A DNA stretch of 6,183 bases from a virus (Duplodnaviria > Heunggongvirae > Uroviricota > Caudoviricetes), in IMG/VR virus record IMGVR_UViG_2548876865_000003, positions 1 to 6,183 of that record; one strand, given 5' to 3'. The translations under genes and the position numbers were made by a program. Of this stretch, positions 1-5,191 are shown piece by piece. The notes beneath the pieces were generated by a model, which was not told the origin of the DNA, searched no databases, and was given only the letters and a program-made list of their open reading frames with translations. The stretch's first letter is position 1, and each line of letters begins with the position of its first letter.

Positions 1-18
1 GGATTCCGGGAGGAGTGA
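1..18 (+). CDS. 3' end of an upstream gene, probably tail assembly chaperone T (G-T product); only 5 codons plus stop are in the window
   Basis: Frame 1 reads gga ttc cgg gag gag tga, with the stop at 16-18 just before the H start at 22. Position immediately upstream of the tape-measure gene matches lambda T. Too short to confirm by sequence. Confidence 0.3.
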   Translation, partial: GFREE

Positions 19-21
19 GAT

Positions 22-2595
22 ATGTCCCAGCCGGTTGGTGATCTTGTTATTGACCTGAGTCTGGATGCGGTCCGTTTCGATGAGCAGATGAGCCGGGTAA
101 GGCGTCATTTTTCCGGACTGGATACTGACGCCAGAAAAACCGCCACTGTCGTTGAGCAGGGGCTGAGCCGCCAGGCGCTGGCTGCACAAAAAGCCGGGAT
201 TTCCGTCGGGCAGTATAAAGCGGCCATGCGAACCCTGCCCGCACAGTTTACGGATATCGCCACGCAGCTTGCCGGTGGTCAGAATCCCTGGCTCATCCTG
301 CTGCAACAGGGCGGTCAGGTGAAGGACGCCTTCGGCGGGATGATCCCCATGTTCAGGGGGCTTGCCGGAGCGATCACCCTGCCGATGGTCGGGGTCACCT
401 CGCTGGCGGTGGCGACAGGTGCGCTGGCGTATGCCTGGTACCAGGGGGATTCCACGCTTTCAGCGTTTAATAAAACCCTGGTTCTTTCCGGTAATCAGTC
501 CGGACTGACTGCCGATCGCATGCTGACGCTCTCCAGAGCCGGACAGGCCGCGGGGCTGACGTTTAACCAGGCGAGTGAGTCACTGGCAGCCCTGGTGAAT
601 GCCGGTGTGCGTGGTGGTGAACAGTTTGATGCCATCAACCAGAGTGTCGCGCGTTTTGCGTCTGCATCCGGTGTGGAGGTGGACAAGGTTGCTGAGGCTT
701 TCGGAAAACTGACCACCGACCCGACGTCGGGACTGATGGCGATGGCGCGCCAGTTCCGTAACGTGACGGCAGAGCAGATTGCGTATGTTGCGCAGCTGCA
801 GCGTTCCGGTGATGAGGCCGGGGCCTTACAGGCGGCGAACGATATCGCCACAAAAGGCTTTGATGAGCAGACCCGTCGCCTGAAAGAAAACATGGGGACG
901 CTGGAGACCTGGGCGGATAAAACAGGGAAGGCATTCAAATCGATGTGGGATGCCATTCTGGATATCGGTCGTCCGGAATCTTCTGCGGATATGCTCGCCA
1001 GTGCGCAGAAGGCATTTGATGAGGCGGATAAAAAATGGCAGTGGTACCAGGGCCGGAGCCAGCGCCGCGGTAAAACCGCCTCTTTCCGGGCCAACCTTCA
1101 GGGCGCATGGGATGACCGGGAAAATGCCCGTCTGGGTCTGGCAGCGGCAACGCTGCAGTCGGATATGGAAAAAGCCGGTGAACTGGCGGCAAGGGACAGG
1201 GCTGAGCGTGAGGCGTCACAGCTGAAGTATACCGGAGAGGCGCAGAAGGCGTATGAACGCCTGCAGACGCCACTGGAGAAATATACCGCCCGGCAGGAAG
1301 AACTGAACAAGGCACTGAAAGACGGGAAAATCCTGCAGGCGGATTACAACACGCTGATGGCGTCGGCAAAAAAGGATTATGAGTCGACGCAGAAAAAGCC
1401 GTCCGGTGTGAAGGTGTCAGCCGGTGAGCGCCAGGAAGACCGGGCACATGCAGCCATGCTGGCGCTTGAAACCGAGCTCAGGACGCTGGAAAAGCATGCC
1501 GGTGCGAATGAAAAAATCAGCCAGCAGCGCCGTGATTTATGGAAAGCGGAAAATCAGTATGCAGTCCTGAAAGAGGCCGCCACGAAACGGCAGTTATCTG
1601 AGCAGGAAAAATCCCTGCTGGCCCATGAGAAAGAAACGCTGGAGTACAGACGCCAGCTGGCTGAGCTGGGCGACAAGGTTGAACACCAGAAACGGCTGAA
1701 TGAACTGGCACAGCAGGCGGCGCGTTTTGAACAGCAGCAGAGCGCGAAGCAGGCAGCAATCAGCGCAAAAGCCCGCGGTCTCACCGACCGTCAGGCGCAG
1801 CGGGAGTCGGAAGAGCAGCGCCTTCGTGACGTGTATGGTGATAATCCGGATGCGCTGGCGAAGGCCACATCGGCACTGAAGAACACCTGGTCTGCTGAGG
1901 ACCAGCTGAGCGGTAACTGGATGGCGGGGCTGAAATCGGGCTGGAATGCGTGGGCGGAAAGTGCGACGGACAGTTTTTCGCAGGTTAAAAGCGCGGCCAC
2001 GCAGACCTTTGACGGTATCGCACAGAATATGGCGGCGATGCTGACCGGCAGTGAGCAGGACTGGCGCGGTTTTACCCGTTCCGTGCTCTCCATGCTGACA
2101 GAGATTTTTCTGAAACAGGCGATGGTGGGGATTGTCGGGAGTATCGGCAGCGCCATTGGCGGTGCTTTCGGTGGTGGTGCGTCTGCCTCCACGGGGACGG
2201 CCATTCAGGCTGCGGCGGCGAACTTCCATTTCGCGACCGGAGGATTTACGGGAACCGGCGGCAAATATGAGCCAGCGGGGATTGTCCACCGCGGGGAGTT
2301 TGTCTTCACGAAGGAGGCAACCAGCCGGATTGGTGTCGGCAACCTGTACCGCCTGATGCGGGGGTATGCGGAAGGTGGTTATGTGGGAGGTGAAGGGAGT
2401 CCGGCGCAGATGCGTCGCGCTGAGGGTATCCGGTTTGAGCAGAACAACAACGTGGTGATTCAGAACGACGGTATCAACGGCCAGGCGGGGCCGCAGCTGA
2501 TGAAGGCGGTGTATGACATGGCCCGCAAGGGGGCGCAGGATGAGATTCAGGCGCAGATGCGTGACGGTGGTGTATTTTCCGGAGGCAGGCGATGA
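22..2595 (+). CDS. H: Tail tape measure protein (lambda gpH-like), 857 aa
   Basis: Supplied ORF 22..2595. Strong Shine-Dalgarno GGGAGGAG at 9-16, about 5-7 nt before the ATG. Product is long, Ala/Gln/Glu/Arg-rich and helical in character, with a C-terminal Gly-rich hydrophobic segment (MVGIVGSIGSAIGGAFGGGASASTG...). Size (857 aa versus about 853 aa in lambda, from memory) and position before M-L-K-I-J fit gpH. N-terminus MSQPVGDLVIDLSLDAVRFDEQ is recognised as gpH-like from memory. Confidence 0.95.
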   Translation: MSQPVGDLVIDLSLDAVRFDEQMSRVRRHFSGLDTDARKTATVVEQGLSRQALAAQKAGISVGQYKAAMRTLPAQFTDIATQLAGGQNPWLILLQQGGQVKDAFGGMIPMFRGLAGAITLPMVGVTSLAVATGALAYAWYQGDSTLSAFNKTLVLSGNQSGLTADRMLTLSRAGQAAGLTFNQASESLAALVNAGVRGGEQFDAINQSVARFASASGVEVDKVAEAFGKLTTDPTSGLMAMARQFRNVTAEQIAYVAQLQRSGDEAGALQAANDIATKGFDEQTRRLKENMGTLETWADKTGKAFKSMWDAILDIGRPESSADMLASAQKAFDEADKKWQWYQGRSQRRGKTASFRANLQGAWDDRENARLGLAAATLQSDMEKAGELAARDRAEREASQLKYTGEAQKAYERLQTPLEKYTARQEELNKALKDGKILQADYNTLMASAKKDYESTQKKPSGVKVSAGERQEDRAHAAMLALETELRTLEKHAGANEKISQQRRDLWKAENQYAVLKEAATKRQLSEQEKSLLAHEKETLEYRRQLAELGDKVEHQKRLNELAQQAARFEQQQSAKQAAISAKARGLTDRQAQRESEEQRLRDVYGDNPDALAKATSALKNTWSAEDQLSGNWMAGLKSGWNAWAESATDSFSQVKSAATQTFDGIAQNMAAMLTGSEQDWRGFTRSVLSMLTEIFLKQAMVGIVGSIGSAIGGAFGGGASASTGTAIQAAAANFHFATGGFTGTGGKYEPAGIVHRGEFVFTKEATSRIGVGNLYRLMRGYAEGGYVGGEGSPAQMRRAEGIRFEQNNNVVIQNDGINGQAGPQLMKAVYDMARKGAQDEIQAQMRDGGVFSGGRR

Positions 2596-2921
2596 AAACA
2601 TTTCGCTGGAAAGTGAAGCCGGATATGGAGGTGAACTCGCAGCCGTCGGTGCGTGAAGTGCGCTTTGGTGACGGGTATTTGCAGCGGACGGCGGCGGGGC
2701 TGAATGCAGACCTGAAAACCTACAGGGTGACGCTTTCCGTGACCCGGGAGGAGGCCCGGCATCTGGAGGCGTTCCTGGCAGAGCACGGGGGCTGGAAGGC
2801 ATTTCTGTGGACACCGCCTTATGCATACCGGCAGATAAAGGTGACCTGTGCCGGATGGTCCGCGCGGGTCGGGATGTTGCGCGTTGAGTTCAGCGCGGAG
2901 TTTAAGCAGGTGGTGAACTGA
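2592..2921 (+). CDS. M: Minor tail protein M (lambda gpM-like), 109 aa
   Basis: Supplied ORF 2592..2921. ATG overlaps the H stop in an ATGA arrangement (2592-2595), indicating translational coupling. GGAGG lies about 8 nt upstream. Length of 109 aa equals lambda gpM, and the gene sits between H and L. Confidence 0.9.
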   Translation: MKTFRWKVKPDMEVNSQPSVREVRFGDGYLQRTAAGLNADLKTYRVTLSVTREEARHLEAFLAEHGGWKAFLWTPPYAYRQIKVTCAGWSARVGMLRVEFSAEFKQVVN

Positions 2922-3619
2922 TGCAGGATATTCACGAAGAAAGCCTGAAGGAGTCGGTGAAATCAGAGCAGTCACCGCGGGTGGTGCTCTGGGAAATCGA
3001 CCTGACGGTGCAGGGCGGTGAGCGGTATTTTTTCTGTAATGAGCTCAATGAAAAAGGGGAGCCGGTGACCTGGCAGGGGCGGAAGTATGAGGCGTACCCG
3101 ATTGAGGGCAGCGGCTTTGAGATGAACGGGAAGGGCAGCAGTGCCCGCCCGTCGCTGACGGTGTCGAATCTGTTCGGCCTGGTCACCGGGATGGCGGAGG
3201 ATTTGCAGAGCCTGGTGGGTGCCACGGTGGTCCGCCGCCGGGTGTATGCCCGTTTTCTGGATGCGGTGAATTTTGTGGCAGGCAATCCGGAGGCGGACCC
3301 GGAGCAGGAGCTGACGGACCGCTGGGTGGTGGAGCAGATGTCAGCGCTCACAGCCATGACGGCTTCGTTTGTGCTGGCGACACCGACGGAGACGGACGGG
3401 GCGCTGTTTCCCGGTCGCATCATGCTGGCGAACACCTGTATGTGGGATTACCGGGGAGAGGAGTGCGGTTTCACCGGCGGGGCAGTGGCGGATGAGTTCG
3501 ACAACCCCACCACGGATATCCGGAAGGACAGATGCAGTAAATGCATGCGCGGGTGTGAGCTGCGCGGCATGGTGGCTAATTTCGGCGGTTTCCTTTCCAT
3601 CAGTAAACTTTCGCAGTAA
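2921..3619 (+). CDS. L: Tail tip protein L (lambda gpL-like), 232 aa, with a Cys-rich C-terminal region
   Basis: Supplied ORF 2921..3619. Start overlaps the M stop as TGATG. AGGTGG at 2908-2913 lies 7 nt upstream. Length of 232 aa equals lambda gpL. The C-terminal part contains a cysteine cluster (TCMWDYRGEECGF ... DRCSKCMRGC) consistent with the reported Fe-S-binding gpL family. Confidence 0.93.
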   Translation: MQDIHEESLKESVKSEQSPRVVLWEIDLTVQGGERYFFCNELNEKGEPVTWQGRKYEAYPIEGSGFEMNGKGSSARPSLTVSNLFGLVTGMAEDLQSLVGATVVRRRVYARFLDAVNFVAGNPEADPEQELTDRWVVEQMSALTAMTASFVLATPTETDGALFPGRIMLANTCMWDYRGEECGFTGGAVADEFDNPTTDIRKDRCSKCMRGCELRGMVANFGGFLSISKLSQ

Positions 3620-3629
3620 ATCCCGGTTT

Positions 3630-4373
3630 ATGACACAGACTGAATCAGCGATTCTGGCGCATGCCCGGCGGTGTGCGTCAGCGGAGTCGTGCGGCTTCGT
3701 GATAAGCACCCCGGAGGGCGAACGGTACCAGCCCTGTGTGAATGTCTCCGCAGAGCCGGAGGCGTATTTTCGTATTGCACCGGAAGACTGGCTGCAGGCA
3801 CAGATGCAGGGGGAGATTGTGGCGCTGGTCCACAGTCATCCCGGTGGTCTGCCCTGGCTGAGCGAGGCGGACCGGCGGCTGCAGATAAAGAGTGCCCTGC
3901 CCTGGTGGCTGGTCTGCCGGGGAGACATTCACCGGTTCCGCTGTGTGCCACACCTGACGGGACGGCGCTTTGAGCACGGGGTGACGGACTGTTACACGCT
4001 GTTCCGGGATGCTTATCATCTGGCGGGGATAACGCTGCCGGATTTTCACCGCGAGGATGACTGGTGGCGCAACGGCCAGAACCTGTACCTGGACAATATG
4101 GAGGAAACGGGCTTTTACCGGGTGTCCCTGTCCCGTGCACAGGCGGGCGATATCCTGCTGTGCTGTTTTGGCGCATCGGTGCCGAATCATGCCGCCATTT
4201 ACTGCGGCAACGGTGAACTGCTTCACCATATACCGGAACAACTGAGTAAACGGGAGAGGTATTCTGAAAAATGGCAACGACGAACGCATTCTGTCTGGCG
4301 TCACCGCCACTGGTCCGCATCTGCCTTCACGGGGATTTACAACGATTTGGCCGCCGCCTCAGCCTGTATGTGA
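3630..4373 (+). CDS. K: Tail tip assembly protein K (lambda gpK-like), 247 aa, with an N-terminal JAB/MPN (JAMM) domain and a C-terminal NlpC/P60-like domain
   Basis: First ATG (3630) after the L stop (3617-3619), in the frame of supplied ORF 3369..4373. The upstream part of that ORF overlaps L in another frame and is rejected. JAMM motif H-S-H-x7-S-x2-D is encoded at 3831-3872 (HSHPGGLPWLSEAD), with a candidate upstream Glu in AESCGFV. NlpC/P60-like Cys at 3990-3992 (VTDCYTLF) and His at 4188-4190 (PNHAAIY). No clear SD precedes 3630, so the start is somewhat uncertain. Confidence 0.85.
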   Translation: MTQTESAILAHARRCASAESCGFVISTPEGERYQPCVNVSAEPEAYFRIAPEDWLQAQMQGEIVALVHSHPGGLPWLSEADRRLQIKSALPWWLVCRGDIHRFRCVPHLTGRRFEHGVTDCYTLFRDAYHLAGITLPDFHREDDWWRNGQNLYLDNMEETGFYRVSLSRAQAGDILLCCFGASVPNHAAIYCGNGELLHHIPEQLSKRERYSEKWQRRTHSVWRHRHWSASAFTGIYNDLAAASACM

Positions 4374-4951
4374 ACACGGCGGCGGAAGCCATCCGCGCCC
4401 TGTCACTGCAGGTGCCTGGGTTTCGCCGTCAGATGAACGAAGGCTGGTACCAGATACGTATTGCCGGTGAGGATACCGCGCCGGAGGCGGTGTATGCCCG
4501 TCTTCACGAATCGCTGCATGAGGGCGCGGTTATCCACATTGTGCCGCGACTGGCCGGTGCCGGAAAGGGCGGACTGCAGATTGTGCTGGGGGCAGCAGCC
4601 ATTGTGGGCTCTTTCTTCACTGCCGGGGCATCGATGGCGTTATGGGGTTCAGCCCTGGCTGCCGGTGGTTTTTCTGCCACCACGATGCTGTTCTCGCTGG
4701 GTGCCAGCATGATACTGGGTGGCGTGGCCCAGATGCTGGCCCCGAAGGCAAAGACGCCGGAGTACAAAAGCACGGATAACGGCAGACAGAACACGTATTT
4801 TTCCTCACTGGACAACATGATTGCCCAGGGCAACCCGATGCCGGTGCCTTACGGTGAAATGCTGGTTGGTTCACGACGGATATCCCAGGACATCAGCACC
4901 CGTGATGAAGGCGGAGACGGGAAGGTGGTGGTTATCGGGCGGCAGGGGTAA
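4271..4951 (+). CDS. I: Tail tip assembly protein I (lambda gpI-like), 226 aa, with an N-terminal ubiquitin-like (beta-grasp) region and a hydrophobic Gly/Ala-rich C-terminal half
   Basis: Supplied ORF 4271..4951. ATG lies inside the 3' end of K in a different frame, giving a 103-nt overlap, the same size I recall for lambda K/I. The I frame is closed by TGA at 4265-4267 immediately upstream. GGGAGAGG at 4251-4258 is a possible SD at long spacing. Product contains RLAGAGKGG followed by predicted hydrophobic helices. Confidence 0.85.
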   Translation: MATTNAFCLASPPLVRICLHGDLQRFGRRLSLYVNTAAEAIRALSLQVPGFRRQMNEGWYQIRIAGEDTAPEAVYARLHESLHEGAVIHIVPRLAGAGKGGLQIVLGAAAIVGSFFTAGASMALWGSALAAGGFSATTMLFSLGASMILGGVAQMLAPKAKTPEYKSTDNGRQNTYFSSLDNMIAQGNPMPVPYGEMLVGSRRISQDISTRDEGGDGKVVVIGRQG

Positions 4952-4956
4952 AGCAT

Positions 4957-4989
4957 AAAAAAATCCCGCAGAGTTGCGGAGCTGCGGGA
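4957..4989 (-). terminator. Intrinsic-terminator-like hairpin oriented for the minus strand
   Basis: Perfect 8-bp GC-rich inverted repeat TCCCGCAG (4964-4971) / CTGCGGGA (4982-4989) with a 10-nt loop. On the minus strand the stem is followed by seven U (complement of A7 at 4957-4963). On the + strand no U-tract follows (AATAAACG), so it is oriented to stop leftward transcription. Confidence 0.5.
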
Positions 4990-4997
4990 AATAAACG

Positions 4998-5117
4998 ATG
5001 AAGATTAACGTTATGGAGTTATTTTTCAGGCATCAAGAAAGTAACGCTGCGCAATTATCAGCGCCACAGGTAATTTGTGAAAATGTGAGGAAATTCAGAA
5101 ATTTTATTCCGTCATGA
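4998..5117 (+). CDS. Hypothetical small ORF (39 aa) within the I-J insertion; coding status uncertain
   Basis: ATG 4998 to TGA 5115-5117, translating to MKINVMELFFRHQESNAAQLSAPQVICENVRKFRNFIPS. Weak SD-like GGGAA at 4986-4990, which is partly buried in the upstream hairpin stem. The stop lies 2 nt before the + strand terminator hairpin. Below the length cutoff of the supplied ORF track. No recognisable family. Confidence 0.2.
   Translation: MKINVMELFFRHQESNAAQLSAPQVICENVRKFRNFIPS
5054..5081 (-). promoter_or_regulatory. Candidate sigma70-type promoter on the minus strand (TTCACA, 16-nt spacer, GATAAT)
   Basis: Minus-strand reading: -35 TTCACA (complement of 5076-5081), 16-nt spacer, -10 GATAAT (complement of 5054-5059). 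It would start leftward transcription near 5047, running into the minus-oriented terminator at 4989-4957. Found by eye only. Confidence 0.25.
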
Positions 5118-5118
5118 C

Positions 5119-5150
5119 ACAGGCACCTCCGGGGTGCCTGTTGTTTTTGT
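5119..5150 (+). terminator. Rho-independent terminator-like hairpin on the + strand, about 40 nt upstream of the J start
   Basis: 9-bp stem ACAGGCACC (5119-5127) / GGTGCCTGT (5133-5141) with a 5-nt loop TCCGG, followed directly by the T-rich tract TGTTTTTGT (5142-5150). On the minus strand no U-tract follows, so it is + oriented. Confidence 0.6.
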
Positions 5151-5191
5151 GCATAACCAGATTCAGACATCAGGCAGGACAGGGGGACAGA

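Noticed and set aside
1594-2826. Minus-strand ORF of 410 aa (plus other minus-strand ORFs at 47..244, 495..1094, 635..934, 935..1447, 1098..1310, 1517..1759, 1554..1784, 1791..2204, 2547..2975) lying inside H and M
   Set aside because: They are antisense to strongly supported, lambda-like tail genes and have no convincing SD. Their translations are Arg/Pro/Ser/Ala-rich low-complexity, as expected for open antisense frames in GC-rich coding DNA.
3369-3629. Upstream extension of the K reading frame (supplied ORF 3369..4373, 334 aa)
   Set aside because: The first 87 codons overlap the 3' end of L in another frame and read as Arg/Cys/Trp-rich junk (MCWRHRRRRTGRCF...). The lambda-like K sequence begins at ATG 3630, directly after the L stop.
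2932-4320. Minus-strand ORFs 2932..3435, 3341..3709, 3628..4320, 3678..4310 and + strand ORFs 3671..3973 and 4057..4245 inside L and K
   Set aside because: Alternative-frame or antisense ORFs nested within well-supported L and K genes, with compositionally biased translations and no independent start signals.
4264-4373. Possible programmed -1 ribosomal frameshift from K into I to produce a K-I fusion (I is in the -1 frame relative to K)
   Set aside because: No canonical X XXY YYZ slippery heptamer is present in the K frame across the overlap. The I frame is closed by TGA at 4265-4267 just before its own ATG, and I has an independent start. An A-rich run (GAAAAATGG) is present, so low-level slippage cannot be excluded from sequence alone.
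4461-4874. ORFs 4461..4712 (+), 4504..4833 (-) and 4617..4874 (-) inside gene I
   Set aside because: Nested within the I coding region in other frames. Translations are Arg/Pro/Cys/Trp-rich and lack start signals.
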